Shown piece by piece: positions 1-10,898 of a DNA stretch of 64,000 nt. Position 1 is the first letter of the stretch; each line of letters begins with the position of its first letter. Source of the DNA: Candidatus Nomurabacteria bacterium (lineage in GTDB: Bacteria > Patescibacteriota > Minisyncoccia > Phycocordibacterales > UBA9973). The notes beneath the pieces are model-generated. The model ran no database searches, had not been told where the DNA came from, and saw nothing but the letters and a program-made list of their open reading frames with translations. Where the stretch lies: NCBI GenBank assembly GCA_943348755.1, contig CALQYS010000003.1:2482-66481 (forward strand), in the 5' to 3' direction. A program made the position numbers and the translations under genes.

Positions 1-86
1 AAAGCCAGTTCCTGCACCCAAATCCGCCACGATGAAATCCTCCCTTAACCCCAGAGCCTTTAGATTTTTTATTGGGTCCGTGAACA
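1..86 (-). CDS. Class I SAM-dependent methyltransferase, N-terminal fragment (gene runs off the window start)
   Basis: Minus-strand translation from an ATG near position 86 reads MFTDPIKNLKALGLREDFIVADLGAGTGF, which contains a DxGxGxG SAM-binding motif I. Only about 28 aa are visible. Confidence 0.35.
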
Positions 87-103
87 TGGATTAATTATAG
101 CAT

Positions 104-2566
104 TTATATACAAGCAAGAGATGCTATCCCGTCTCCTCCTCGCAAACGCATGATAGTCACACCCTGGGTTTGACGGCCAAGAGATGAAATATCTTTCAAC
201 GCTGTCCTGATGACCTGCCCCTTTTTAGACATTGCGATTAATTCCTGTTCTTCCCCGGTGAGCACTTTAGCCACAATTAATTTGCCAGTCTTTGGGGTTA
301 CTTTGGCAGTCTTTATGCCGGAACCTCCACGTTTCTGGACTTTATACTCTTCTAGGCTGGTCTTTTTACCAAAGCCATTTGCGCTCATCGTTAGGAACGC
401 TCCGCTTTTTTGATCTTTTTTAACGACATCCACACCGATAACCGCATCGTCTTTGCCTAATTTTATTCCGCGCACACCACCGGCCGTTCTGCCCATCTCT
501 CTGATATCAGATTCTTTAAATCTGATGGATTGACCTTGTCCGGTAGCAACCATGACTTCGTCACCTTTTTCAGTTATTAGCGCAGATATGAGCTGATCAT
601 CCTTATCGAGACGAATGGCAATGATCCCGCTGCGACGTACATCCTTGAAAGATTGCGATGTCATTTTCTTGGCTGTTCCATTTTTGGTTACAAGCATAAG
701 AGAAGTTGGAGAAATGTCCTTTTCCTTTGGCATAGCTAAAATAGAATTGACTTTTTCTTCAGCTGAAAGCGAAAGGAAATTCATGATTGATTTACCACGA
801 GTCGCTCGGCGCGCTTCGGGAATCTCATACATTTTCATTTGATACACCTTCCCAAGATTGGTGAAGAAAAGAAGGTTGCTGTGAGTAGAACCAGATACAA
901 GCATGGTGACAAAGTCCTCCTCTTTGGTTTCGAGATCAATCACGCCCACTCCTCCACGCTTTTGGGCCCGATATTCAGACGGATCAGTGCATTTGACATA
1001 TCCACCAGCCGTAAGCACGAGCATGGTCTCTTTTTCTGGCACCAGATCTTCATCAGAAATTTCTTTTACCCCGCCTTTTACTATTTTTGTTCTCCTTTCG
1101 TCAGTATATTTGGAACGGATTTCTGCCAATTCACCTGAAATGGTTTTTAGAATTTTCTTTGGACTCGCCAACAGATCTTTCATTTCTGCGATAAACTTTT
1201 GCTTTTCTTTGAGCTCATCCTCGACTGCCTGACGTTCTAGTCCGGCCAGTTTAGACAACTTCATTTCCAAAATTGCTGTTGCTTGCAAGTCAGAAAATTT
1301 GAACTCTTTCATGAGGTTTAATTTTGCAATTTGGGAATTTTTAGAAGCACGGATAACTGATATAACTCTATCTATTTTATCCAAAGCCTTTTTAAGACCC
1401 AGCAAGATGTGCTCACGCTCTTCGGCTCTTTTTAAGTCATAAATGCTTCTTCTTTTGACTATCTCTTTGCGATGTAGGACAAATTGTTCGAGGATGGATT
1501 TGAGTGAAAGAGTCTGAGGAACCCCATCCACAAGCGCCACAATATTGAAATTGAAATTTGATTCAAGTTGGGTATTTTTGTAAATATAATTTAAGACCTT
1601 TTCTGGATGCGCGCTACTCTTTAGATCAATAACTATTCTTATATCTTTAGCTGATTCATCACGAAGACCTTTTATACCCTCAAGTTTCTTTTCCTGCACT
1701 AATTCAGCTATCGCCATTATTAAATTAGATTTGTTTACACGAAATGGAATAGAGGTAATGACGATGGAGAAATTCCCATCTTTTTGCTCAACAATCTCGG
1801 CTTCTCCCCTACATACCACACCCCCACGACCCCCAGAATACGCATGAAGCATATCTTTATATCCATAAGCGATACCCCCCGTAGGAAAGTCAGGCCCTTT
1901 GATGAACTGCATTAAATCTTCGGTCGTAGCATCTTCATTGTCTATAAGGTGAGTCGTCGCATCTAGTACCTCCCCTAAATTATGCGGAGGAATATTTGTG
2001 GCCATACCAACCGCGATACCTAAAGTACCGTTTAAAAGTAGTGCCGGAACACTAGAGGGAAAAACTGTTGGTTCTTTGCGCGTCTGGTCATAGTTGGGAC
2101 GAAAATCAACCGTCTCTTTTTCTAAATCCCGTAAAAGCTCAGAGGAAATTTTAGACATCTTAGCTTCGGTGTAACGCATCGCCGCGGCGTTATCTCCATC
2201 AATCGAGCCGAAGTTCCCCTGACCTAAGATGAAAGGATAACGATAAGAAAACTCTTGAGCCATACCCACCATCGAATCATAAACAGCGACGTCTCCATGC
2301 GGATGATATTTACCAAGCACATCTCCGACGACTGCGGCTGATTTACGGAAACGAGCTGAAGAAGTTAAACCCATTTCGTGCATAGCATACAAAATCCTTC
2401 TATGCACTGGCTTGAGTCCATCCCTCACATCTGGCAAAGCACGCGAAGTGATGACAGACATCGCGTATGCCAAATAAGACTCTTTCATTTCCCCCACTAC
2501 ATCCACTGGGAGAATTTTATCCATATTATTCATACCTTCTTTTGTTTCTAAAGACTTCTTTGCCAT
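104..2566 (-). CDS. gyrA: DNA gyrase subunit A
   Basis: 820 aa. The AAMRYTE active-site Tyr motif, the QRD-like region and the C-terminal beta-pinwheel repeats are recognisable in the translation. Confidence 0.9.
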   Translation of the reverse strand: MAKKSLETKEGMNNMDKILPVDVVGEMKESYLAYAMSVITSRALPDVRDGLKPVHRRILYAMHEMGLTSSARFRKSAAVVGDVLGKYHPHGDVAVYDSMVGMAQEFSYRYPFILGQGNFGSIDGDNAAAMRYTEAKMSKISSELLRDLEKETVDFRPNYDQTRKEPTVFPSSVPALLLNGTLGIAVGMATNIPPHNLGEVLDATTHLIDNEDATTEDLMQFIKGPDFPTGGIAYGYKDMLHAYSGGRGGVVCRGEAEIVEQKDGNFSIVITSIPFRVNKSNLIMAIAELVQEKKLEGIKGLRDESAKDIRIVIDLKSSAHPEKVLNYIYKNTQLESNFNFNIVALVDGVPQTLSLKSILEQFVLHRKEIVKRRSIYDLKRAEEREHILLGLKKALDKIDRVISVIRASKNSQIAKLNLMKEFKFSDLQATAILEMKLSKLAGLERQAVEDELKEKQKFIAEMKDLLASPKKILKTISGELAEIRSKYTDERRTKIVKGGVKEISDEDLVPEKETMLVLTAGGYVKCTDPSEYRAQKRGGVGVIDLETKEEDFVTMLVSGSTHSNLLFFTNLGKVYQMKMYEIPEARRATRGKSIMNFLSLSAEEKVNSILAMPKEKDISPTSLMLVTKNGTAKKMTSQSFKDVRRSGIIAIRLDKDDQLISALITEKGDEVMVATGQGQSIRFKESDIREMGRTAGGVRGIKLGKDDAVIGVDVVKKDQKSGAFLTMSANGFGKKTSLEEYKVQKRGGSGIKTAKVTPKTGKLIVAKVLTGEEQELIAMSKKGQVIRTALKDISSLGRQTQGVTIMRLRGGDGIASLACI

Positions 2567-2571
2567 ATTAT

Positions 2572-2829
2572 TTATTGTGTATTTAGATCTTTATTTTGAT
2601 CGGAGTTGGTAAAACTTTGATATCCACCGACTAGGTTATCCTTAAGTGCAGAAAGGGGCCTTAGTTCATTTGCAGCTTTTGCTTGAATGTCTCCATTATT
2701 CAAATTTTTCCCTAAGGAATAGAGCCAAAGAAAAACCAAAATAACAGCAAAAATTGTGATCAAAATATGTAAAATATGTGTTCTGACTTCTTCCGGCTGT
2801 TGTCTTATTTTGTGAATAATTTTTCTCAT
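2572..2829 (-). CDS. Small hypothetical membrane protein
   Basis: 85 aa with a single TM helix ([19 protein letters not shown]). It sits immediately downstream of gyrA on the same strand. Confidence 0.3.
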   Translation of the reverse strand: MRKIIHKIRQQPEEVRTHILHILITIFAVILVFLWLYSLGKNLNNGDIQAKAANELRPLSALKDNLVGGYQSFTNSDQNKDLNTQ

Positions 2830-2834
2830 AAGTT

Positions 2835-3473
2835 TTACGCAGCTTTTAGAACTACCACCTCTCCTTCTTTGCCGTCTAGATCTTTCGACTTAAGTGTCAG
2901 TTTGTCTACTACTTCAGCTTTTTCTTCTCCAATTTCTTTCAAGAAGGATTTTAGACTCTTTTCATCATAATCCATTGGAATGATCATTTTGGGTTCAAGT
3001 GATAGGGCAAGCTTAGTGGAAACTTTAGCATCAAGCAGGTCTCCCCCTCCGATCGGCACAAAAAGAATATCTGGATTATTGATAGCCTCAAGCGCTTCTT
3101 TGGTAAGATCTCCATTCGATAAGGTTCCTAAAAATACCACGTTAATATTATCTATGGAAAAAACGTAAATGGTATTAATGTATTTTTTGCCGCCGATCGA
3201 AGCATCGGACAGCACTCCTTTAATAAAAATTTCTTTTATTTCATAATCCCCAGGACCAGTAATGGCAAAAGGGACGCGTTCTCCGTGAGTTAGCTGCTCT
3301 AGACCATTATAGTCGGGGTGGTTGGTGGTAACAAGCGCAATATCCGCACCAAAATGAGCACTGATACCTGATTTAGAGCTCTTACTAACAGGGTTAAAAG
3401 ACAGGACTGTCTCACCTTGTTGAATTTTAAAAAATTGGCGTCCGTTGTATGTGATTATCATTACGAGTTGCAT
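2835..3473 (-). CDS. MBL-fold metal-dependent hydrolase (UPF0173-like)
   Basis: 212 aa. The length and the His/Asp-rich motif pattern fit beta-lactamase-fold hydrolases. Confidence 0.45.
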   Translation of the reverse strand: MQLVMIITYNGRQFFKIQQGETVLSFNPVSKSSKSGISAHFGADIALVTTNHPDYNGLEQLTHGERVPFAITGPGDYEIKEIFIKGVLSDASIGGKKYINTIYVFSIDNINVVFLGTLSNGDLTKEALEAINNPDILFVPIGGGDLLDAKVSTKLALSLEPKMIIPMDYDEKSLKSFLKEIGEEKAEVVDKLTLKSKDLDGKEGEVVVLKAA

Positions 3474-3586
3474 TCTATCATGTTTTTTGCTATAGTGAAA
3501 GTATTAAAAGCATGGATTTAGGATAACCTTTTGACATTCTGTCAGAAACCCTAGTCTTATATCCGCTTGGGGCAATCCAAAAACAT

Positions 3587-4714
3587 ATGCGCCCGTTAGC
3601 GGATTTTTTTGTTAAAAATAATTTTATGATTAAGGAAGAAACGTTAGTAGTCCCAGAAGAAAATACAGTTTTAAGTTCAATTTTAAGTCGCAGTGTAAAT
3701 AAACCAGAAGTAGACTCTTTGGTTGAGGGATCAGTTATTAGCGTTGAGAAATCATCAGTTTATGTCGACCTGGCACCATATGGAACAGGCATTATTTATG
3801 GTCGCGAATTTATCAACGCGAGAGACATAATTAAAAAAATCAATCTCGGTGATATTATAAAAGCCAAAGTTGTTGAAATAGAAAATGAAAATGGATATAT
3901 CGAGCTTTCTCTGAAAGAAGCAAAACAGGCACTTACTTGGAACGAAGCGGAAAAAGCGATAAAAGACAAAACGGTAATGAGCTTGGAAATAAAAGATGCA
4001 AACAAGGGTGGGCTGATTTTGGAATGGCAAGGTATACAAGGATTTTTACCCGCATCTCAACTCAAGGCGGATCATTATCCTCGCGTGCTCGACTCTGATA
4101 AAGACAAAATCCTTAAAGAACTTAAAAAATTAGTGGGGCAAAAGATTTCCGTTATGATTATATCTACTCTTCCAAAGGAGGGTAAATTAATATTCTCAGA
4201 GAAAGACAACAACCCTGAAGAAAAGAAAGAGATCTTAAGCAAGTATACTGTGGGTGAAGAACTAGATTGCACCGTGGCTGGACTAGTGGACTTCGGAGTG
4301 TTCGTAAAACTAGAAGATGGACTTGAGGGGCTCGTGCATATTTCTGAACTTGATTGGGGATTAGTAGAAAATCCTCGCACAATGTTTAAGATAGGAGACA
4401 AAATACGCGCCAAAGTCATTGAAATAAAGGATGGCAAAATATCTCTTTCTATCAAGGCCTTAAAGGAAAATCCTTGGAAAGAATTTGAGGGGAAATTGAA
4501 AAAGGGAGACATAATTAAAGGGGTGGTTATCAAGTACAACAAGCATGGAGCGCTCATCTCTATAAAGGAAGGTGTGGCTGGTTTGGTACACAACTCTACT
4601 TTTAGTTCAGAAAGCAAGCTACGTGAAAAACTTGAACTTGGGAAAAATTATAATTTCCAAATTACCTTATTTGAACCGAAGGATCAAAAAATGACATTGG
4701 TACATTTAGAATAA
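3587..4714 (+). CDS. S1 RNA-binding domain protein (short ribosomal protein S1-like)
   Basis: 375 aa containing several repeated S1-like OB-fold segments of the form G..V.G.V..I...G.FV.L. Confidence 0.55.
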   Translation: MRPLADFFVKNNFMIKEETLVVPEENTVLSSILSRSVNKPEVDSLVEGSVISVEKSSVYVDLAPYGTGIIYGREFINARDIIKKINLGDIIKAKVVEIENENGYIELSLKEAKQALTWNEAEKAIKDKTVMSLEIKDANKGGLILEWQGIQGFLPASQLKADHYPRVLDSDKDKILKELKKLVGQKISVMIISTLPKEGKLIFSEKDNNPEEKKEILSKYTVGEELDCTVAGLVDFGVFVKLEDGLEGLVHISELDWGLVENPRTMFKIGDKIRAKVIEIKDGKISLSIKALKENPWKEFEGKLKKGDIIKGVVIKYNKHGALISIKEGVAGLVHNSTFSSESKLREKLELGKNYNFQITLFEPKDQKMTLVHLE

Positions 4715-4755
4715 AATAAATAACCCCGTTTTACGGGGCTATGTATTTTATTTAT

Positions 4756-5391
4756 TTAGGCATTAACCATTTCTATTACATCAGCCTCGCCTATGGCATT
4801 CATTATAGACATCACTTGCTGTGCATAACGAGGAACGACAGAGGGAGGATTATATGCACGTAAAATCTGTTTAGTGGTTTTGTCATCATAGTGCCTTGCA
4901 GTCTTCGGATTATTGCCCCCTAAGTTTAATGCCACAGTTTCGATGGCTTCTTCATTAGAATCAAATCCGATTTTACAAGAACCCCAACCGAAAGAGTTAT
5001 TTTTCACTCTATCACAAGCATTTTTACCCCCAGTAGATTCCCTGACAGCTATAGCCGGTAGCAAGCGCCAATCAAGATTGTTTTTTTCTGCTTCAATCAC
5101 CATCTTCATACCCATACCCTCAAGCGGCATATTGTGTGCTCTGAAATAGGCATCGATGGCCTCTGCCTTTTCGGCTTTGGCTTTTTCCGCTTGAAGCTCT
5201 TGATCAGTAGCATTATCAAAAGCTAAAAGGCCGTAAGATTCAATATTTAGTTTTTGTGAAGATACGATTGAGGGAGTATTAACAATGTTGACCACAGCCT
5301 GAGATATAGTTCCGACTGGTGCTCCTGATATTGCTAAAACCGGCAAAACAATAAACGACTCCACGAACCGTACCAATTTTTTATTTTTCAT
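4756..5391 (-). CDS. Secreted glucosaminidase-domain (GH73-like) peptidoglycan hydrolase
   Basis: 211 aa with an N-terminal signal/TM segment. The motif AIAVRESTGGK...NNSFGWG resembles the FlgJ/LytD glucosaminidase signature AQAILESGWG...NNLFGIK. Confidence 0.4.
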   Translation of the reverse strand: MKNKKLVRFVESFIVLPVLAISGAPVGTISQAVVNIVNTPSIVSSQKLNIESYGLLAFDNATDQELQAEKAKAEKAEAIDAYFRAHNMPLEGMGMKMVIEAEKNNLDWRLLPAIAVRESTGGKNACDRVKNNSFGWGSCKIGFDSNEEAIETVALNLGGNNPKTARHYDDKTTKQILRAYNPPSVVPRYAQQVMSIMNAIGEADVIEMVNA

Positions 5392-5713
5392 ATATAGCGG
5401 TTATGCTCCGCGAAACTCATATCTGTATTTAATTTCAGTCAGAAACCTAAAAGGCCCCTTTAACTAAAAAACCCTTATGTAATAAGCTCTAAAGCCTATA
5501 ACTAAGGATATACCCATATACTAGCATACCTCAGTTTAAAAGTCAATAGTTAGACAACACTTTTTTAACATGTCAAGCTAAAATAGGCTTGTAAAATAAG
5601 AGTATTTAAAGTGATATCAGACACTAAACATAGCGGAAAAGAGGGCTACGAAGGCCGACGGGCCGTAGTCCTGAGCAAAAATTCAGCAGAATTTTATGCG
5701 TGCCTCTTTTTCG

Positions 5714-7009
5714 CTATGTTTGGTGTATTTTAAAGACCTGGTCAGCCACCTTGTAGGCTTCCCCTGCTCCCATAGTCACAAATACATCATTCGGACCAAG
5801 TTCAAGATCTAAAACTGCTTTCTCAGCCGAAGGAAAGTCTGAAAAAGATTGGACTGGGGCTTGTTTACCCGTCACTAAAAAATTAGCACAAATGGCATTA
5901 GATAGTTTTTCACTTGAGACACTTTCATCTTTGTCTTCTCGAGCAAAGTAAATAGGCAGAAGAAGCACTTGATCAGCGTCTTTGAAACTTTTCGCAAAAT
6001 CATCAAAAAAGGCTTTGGTGCGACTATAGAGGTGAGGTTGGAAAAGAACTGTGATTTTTTTACTGCCGAATGGATAAAGTTCGCGTAAAGCTTGTAGGCT
6101 TGCCTTTATTTCCGTGGGATGGTGAGCATAATCATCATAGATAATTGTTCCCTCTTTGGTCTCTCCCCTTTTCTCAAGTCGTCGCCAGGTGCCGGAAAAT
6201 TGAGATAAACTTTTCTGCGCATCTTCTAAATTTATATTTAAAACGTCTGCCACCGCCAAGGCTGCTGCTGCATTCATTCTATTGTGAACACCCGGAACGG
6301 AAAGTTTTGGAACTTTTTCTAAATATTTTAAGTAATCAGTGATGACGTTTTCACTTTGTGAGGCAAGTTGGCCGAAAGCTTCTTTTATATGTGCTAAATC
6401 TTTATAGCAATCTAGGTGGTCAGCCTCAATATTAGTTATTATCGTAATAAAGGGATGGAAATTCAAGAAGTGTCTGTTGTATTCATCTGCCTCGACTACC
6501 AGAAATTCACCAGCTCCTTTTCTAAAATTACTACCTGCCCCGCCATGGCGTGGGCCAAATTTTTCAACAAAGGAGCCGACAACACAAGTTGGATCTAAAC
6601 CCACATCCACCAAAATTTCTGCCACCATGGCCGTGGTCGTCGTCTTGCCATGAGTCCCAGCTATTGCTATGACTTTGTAATCTTTAGCGAAAATTCCAAG
6701 CGCTTCGAAATAAGAAAGAACCGGCTTGCCTGACGACTTTGCCTTTTCGATAATATCTGGCCCTCGATGTAGCCATGCATCACTGTATATGTATAAATCA
6801 GCCTTTGGGATTGCTTTTAAATCTTTTTGGTATACAACTTCTACGCCAGCTTTCTGAAGTGGGTCTAATGTCTTCGGACTATCTTCATCATTTACGCCAG
6901 ATACAATCATGCCCCTCGAAAGTGCCATCTTTGCCAAAGCCGAAATACCGATCCCGCCAATTCCAATGAAAAATACTTTTTTTATTTTTGATAAATCTGA
7001 ATTTTTCAT
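5714..7009 (-). CDS. murC: UDP-N-acetylmuramate--L-alanine ligase
   Basis: 431 aa. N-terminal IGIGGIGISALA Rossmann motif, a GTHGKTTTT P-loop and the Mur ligase C-terminal domain. Confidence 0.85.
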   Translation of the reverse strand: MKNSDLSKIKKVFFIGIGGIGISALAKMALSRGMIVSGVNDEDSPKTLDPLQKAGVEVVYQKDLKAIPKADLYIYSDAWLHRGPDIIEKAKSSGKPVLSYFEALGIFAKDYKVIAIAGTHGKTTTTAMVAEILVDVGLDPTCVVGSFVEKFGPRHGGAGSNFRKGAGEFLVVEADEYNRHFLNFHPFITIITNIEADHLDCYKDLAHIKEAFGQLASQSENVITDYLKYLEKVPKLSVPGVHNRMNAAAALAVADVLNINLEDAQKSLSQFSGTWRRLEKRGETKEGTIIYDDYAHHPTEIKASLQALRELYPFGSKKITVLFQPHLYSRTKAFFDDFAKSFKDADQVLLLPIYFAREDKDESVSSEKLSNAICANFLVTGKQAPVQSFSDFPSAEKAVLDLELGPNDVFVTMGAGEAYKVADQVFKIHQT

Positions 7010-8331
7010 TTTAGGTTCCTAACTACTTCCATAAATTTTTCTCCCCTGTCGTACTCATTCTCAAACATACCAAAAGAAGTAAAAGCTGGACTAAAAAGTA
7101 AAATATCTCCGCTCTTTGAGAGTTTATAGGCTCGCTCAACCACACTTTTTAAATCCTTCTCTGTATGTAAAGAAACCTTCAATCTTTTTAAATCAGGAAG
7201 CACTCTGTCTGTTCCCTTACCCGGAATCAAAACCACTTCCCTCACATACCGGATTATATATTTATACAGGTCACCGAAACTTAAATCTTTGTCTGATCCA
7301 CCCATGATAAGTATAATATTTTTCTTGACTGAATTACCAAGTGTCCGAAGAGCAACAGTCGTCGCTTCTGGTGTGGAAGAATTTGTATCATTATAAATTT
7401 TTACATGATTCACTTCTTTTACAAACTCCAGTCTTCCGGGTGGCGTTTGAAAATTCTCAATTACCTTTTGACTCACCTGATCTGGGATATTGAGCACTCG
7501 CGCAACTTCTAAAGCACAAGCGATATTTTCACGATTGTGCTCCCCTCCCAGCTTTATGTTCCATTTTGGTACATTATTTAGATCCGCATTTACAATTTTA
7601 CCCGGCACACCTCTTATCATATTTTTTATCTGAGGTCCCAGAATAAGCACGTCATTTTTTCTCTGGAATTTATAAATATAGGATTTATCAGAAAAATACT
7701 TTTCCATATCATTTTTATAATAATTCATGTGGTCTCCCATGAAATTGGTAAATACTGAAATATGTGGAGAAATCTTCGCTTCGCCGAAGCCTTGCAGCTG
7801 CCAGGACGAAAGCTCGAAGACAACAATGTCTCCATCTTTTACTTCTTTTAGGAGTGGCAGAGCCGCTGTACCTTTGATGTTGCCTCCGAGATGAACCCGT
7901 ATACCGCCCGCTCGTAGTATTTCATAAATGAGCATAGTAACCGTACTTTTGCCACGAGTCCCTGTCACACCCACGATTTTTACCTTCGGCGCAAGTTTAG
8001 CAAATAAAGATTCATCCATTTCTATCGGTATACCCTTACTTCGAGCGTGAGCTATATATGGAGAATCAAGCGCCACTCCTTGACCCTTTAAAACAAAGTC
8101 GCAATTTTCAAAATCTTCCAAACGGTGTTCGCCTAAAACGTATTTAATATTTTTATATTCCTTAAGTTTATTTATCGAAGAAGCCAGATCTTTTTCAGTC
8201 TTCAAATCAGTCACCAAAACTTCTGCTCCGCATTCAGCCAGAAAAGCAATGTCCCCGAGCCTTTTCCCTAAAAGCCCCAGGCCCACCACTGTCACTTTTT
8301 TACCTTTGAAATATGAGCTAAAATTGGTCAT
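7006..8331 (-). CDS. murD: UDP-N-acetylmuramoylalanine--D-glutamate ligase
   Basis: 441 aa. N-terminal VVGLGLLGKRLG motif and a GTRGKSTVT P-loop. Its stop overlaps the murC start. Confidence 0.85.
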   Translation of the reverse strand: MTNFSSYFKGKKVTVVGLGLLGKRLGDIAFLAECGAEVLVTDLKTEKDLASSINKLKEYKNIKYVLGEHRLEDFENCDFVLKGQGVALDSPYIAHARSKGIPIEMDESLFAKLAPKVKIVGVTGTRGKSTVTMLIYEILRAGGIRVHLGGNIKGTAALPLLKEVKDGDIVVFELSSWQLQGFGEAKISPHISVFTNFMGDHMNYYKNDMEKYFSDKSYIYKFQRKNDVLILGPQIKNMIRGVPGKIVNADLNNVPKWNIKLGGEHNRENIACALEVARVLNIPDQVSQKVIENFQTPPGRLEFVKEVNHVKIYNDTNSSTPEATTVALRTLGNSVKKNIILIMGGSDKDLSFGDLYKYIIRYVREVVLIPGKGTDRVLPDLKRLKVSLHTEKDLKSVVERAYKLSKSGDILLFSPAFTSFGMFENEYDRGEKFMEVVRNLK

Positions 8332-8363
8332 AAAATCATATTAACACAAAGGGGTAAAATTGG

Positions 8364-9059
8364 TTATTGGGCCTCCCTGAACTGCTCTAATTTTATGTTT
8401 TTTATCTCTTCGTACACAATTGACCAACCAATTCCAAACAAAAATGCATATAGATATTCCTCTATCACTATGTGAAATATTTTTATCCCTAGAGATCCTT
8501 GGATATTCCATTGAGTCAATATAAACCCCGGAAAAACATAATTGACGAACAATAATGAGCCTATATAAAGAATCATAAAAGCAAAACCACTTATAATACT
8601 TTTTTGTATTAAATCTGGCCTATAAATAACAAAATAAATAAAACCCCAGATCATAAATATAAATAAACTTCTAAGAACGGACCAATTCGTAAAATTTTTT
8701 ATAAAAACAATAGAAATTGCAACTGAAATCATGCAGAAATAAATAAAATAAGCATGGTGCCTAGCTTTTTTGCCATATTTAGATACTTTGAGCGTTCTTT
8801 TAAATACTTCTTCGTATATAACGGCTACAATACCCCCAGTAAAAAAGCACCAAAGTAAACTTTCTATATCAAAAAGACCGAAAAATCTAAATATGACATT
8901 GGGATTCCAATATTCCGGCACAAAAAGGGGCTGGGTTAAGCCAAATGGTAAAAACAAAAGCGAAGAAAAAATTATTTCGTATCTTAAATCTTCACGATGT
9001 ACATATAAAATCAACCATATTAAACCAAAAATTACTGCCCAGGTTAGATATGCATACAT
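8364..9059 (-). CDS. Hypothetical polytopic membrane protein
   Basis: 231 aa with about 7 predicted TM helices. It is embedded in the mur cluster and no family was recognised. Confidence 0.35.
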   Translation of the reverse strand: MYAYLTWAVIFGLIWLILYVHREDLRYEIIFSSLLFLPFGLTQPLFVPEYWNPNVIFRFFGLFDIESLLWCFFTGGIVAVIYEEVFKRTLKVSKYGKKARHHAYFIYFCMISVAISIVFIKNFTNWSVLRSLFIFMIWGFIYFVIYRPDLIQKSIISGFAFMILYIGSLLFVNYVFPGFILTQWNIQGSLGIKIFHIVIEEYLYAFLFGIGWSIVYEEIKNIKLEQFREAQ

Positions 9060-9064
9060 AAGAT

Positions 9065-10294
9065 TTAATTTAACGCTTTCTTTAATTCTTCCATGTCATC
9101 AAAATGGTACTTCACACCTTTGATTTCCTGATAGTCTTCATGACCTTTACCAGCGCAGAGGATAATATCACCCTTATGCGCCAACCTCACTGCTTCTTTG
9201 ATTGCCTCACGTCTATCTGAAATAGATTTAACTTTTTTTAACATTTCTGGGGTCAAGCCAGTTTTCATCTCGCCGATTATCTTTTCTGGATCCTCACTTC
9301 TAGAATTATCTGAAGTGAAAATAGCAATATCTGAGTGAGTTGCTCCGATCTTGCCCATAATCGTGCGCTTGAGTGGATCACGGTCTCCCCCGCAACCAAA
9401 TACAGAAATGAGTTTTCCTTCTTTTAGTTTCACTTCATGGACCGCCAGAAATATTTTCTCTAATGCATCAGGCGTATGGGCATAATCAACGATGACCAGA
9501 ACTCCGCTTTGAGATGTGAAGTGTTCAAATCTCCCTCTGGGTGGTTGAATATTAGCCAAAATATGTTTGACCTGATGCATATCAAAACCAAGCAGCGAAC
9601 TAGCACTCCAGACGGCAAGTAGGTTATATGCATTAAATTTCCCCAAGAGTTTCGACTTGATCGGAATTTTATTGAAAGATAATTCAAGACCATTAAAGTC
9701 CATTTTATTAATCTCGCCATGAAAATAAACCTTCTCGAAATCTTGTTCAAATCCATAAGAAAACTGATGCGCTTTTATCCCCTCGAGCATCCTTAGACCA
9801 TATGCATCGTCAGCGTTAGTCAGCGAGAAAGCTCTCCTCGGCAACATATTAAAAAACTTCTTTTTCGCTCCAAAATAATTTTCAAAACTTCGGTGGTAAT
9901 CCAAGTGATCGTGTGTAAGGTTTGTAAAAATTCCCCCTACAAAATTTACTCCTGCCACCCTGTTTTGATCGAGTGCATGTGATGAAACTTCCATGAAAAC
10001 ATACTCGCACTTCGCTATCACCATTTCTTTCAACAACTTATTTAGAGCAATCGGGTCAGGAGTGGTATGAGTCGCAGGCCTCACTTTTTCACCTATTATA
10101 TTTTCTACTGTGCCTATCAACCCCGCCTTGTATCCGAGGCCCTTGGCTATCCTATATAAAAGTGTAGCTGTCGTCGTCTTGCCATTTGTACCGGTCACAC
10201 CCACGATTTTTAACCTCTTTGATGGATGACCAAAAAAATGCATTTTAGCTAAAAATGCGATAAACCGTCTCTTAATTTTAAGATTTTTTAACAT
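9065..10294 (-). CDS. murE: UDP-N-acetylmuramoyl-tripeptide synthetase (MurE-like Mur ligase)
   Basis: 409 aa. VGVTGTNGKTTTA P-loop and a DYAHTPDALEK motif. The protein is shorter than typical MurE because the N-terminal domain is reduced. Confidence 0.7.
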   Translation of the reverse strand: MLKNLKIKRRFIAFLAKMHFFGHPSKRLKIVGVTGTNGKTTTATLLYRIAKGLGYKAGLIGTVENIIGEKVRPATHTTPDPIALNKLLKEMVIAKCEYVFMEVSSHALDQNRVAGVNFVGGIFTNLTHDHLDYHRSFENYFGAKKKFFNMLPRRAFSLTNADDAYGLRMLEGIKAHQFSYGFEQDFEKVYFHGEINKMDFNGLELSFNKIPIKSKLLGKFNAYNLLAVWSASSLLGFDMHQVKHILANIQPPRGRFEHFTSQSGVLVIVDYAHTPDALEKIFLAVHEVKLKEGKLISVFGCGGDRDPLKRTIMGKIGATHSDIAIFTSDNSRSEDPEKIIGEMKTGLTPEMLKKVKSISDRREAIKEAVRLAHKGDIILCAGKGHEDYQEIKGVKYHFDDMEELKKALN

Positions 10295-10295
10295 A

Positions 10296-10628
10296 TTACT
10301 CGATAATGGTTGACTCTACTTTTATTGTACTCTCAACTACATTCTTTGTGACAGATTTGATAATTAGATAAATTTTTCTTAAAAGATAGAAAGCTAGAAA
10401 CACAGCAGCTAGGGTCAAAAAGAATAGGAACTTAAAAAACCAATACGGGCCACCAAGGAAATGTGTAAATCCAAAAATAAAGAAAATCACCAAAGACCCG
10501 AAAACAACCAGAGCTGGCAAAACCAATAAATCCAAAAACATACTCCCCACTTGCCCGCCTGCAAATTTCCCCGGATTCTCCTTGGCCTCACTCGCCATTT
10601 TTCTGATTTCTAATATTTGAAAAATCAT
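10296..10628 (-). CDS. Hypothetical membrane protein
   Basis: 110 aa with two TM helices. Confidence 0.3.
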   Translation of the reverse strand: MIFQILEIRKMASEAKENPGKFAGGQVGSMFLDLLVLPALVVFGSLVIFFIFGFTHFLGGPYWFFKFLFFLTLAAVFLAFYLLRKIYLIIKSVTKNVVESTIKVESTIIE

Positions 10629-10630
10629 AT

Positions 10631-10858
10631 CTACTCTCCCAAATATTCAAACCGAGGAACTTTCTTACCGTTAAGCTCCACTTCTTCCATAAATATGTCA
10701 AACGGTCGCACGAACATAGAATAGTCATCGTAAAGTTTCTTGTATACAACAAAACTTTCGCCTGTTTCAGAATGCCTCGCTAGTCCTAGCACCTGATAAT
10801 TCTTCTCTTTGCTTTTATAATGCCTATATTTACCTAACTTTATGCTTTTGTTTTCCAT
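10631..10858 (-). CDS. DUF1653 family protein
   Basis: 75 aa. The YRHYKSKEKNYQVLGLARHSETGESFVVYKKLY pattern matches DUF1653. Confidence 0.45.
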   Translation of the reverse strand: MENKSIKLGKYRHYKSKEKNYQVLGLARHSETGESFVVYKKLYDDYSMFVRPFDIFMEEVELNGKKVPRFEYLGE

Positions 10859-10898
10859 ATTATTATTTTACCACATTATGCTAATAAAAGACTTTTTA

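Noticed and set aside
3755-4617. Minus-strand ORFs of 94, 69, 180 and 72 aa antisense to the S1-domain gene, and the many similar short antisense ORFs in the six-frame track
   Set aside because: They are fully nested within well-supported genes on the opposite strand and have low-complexity translations. They are AT-rich frame artefacts.
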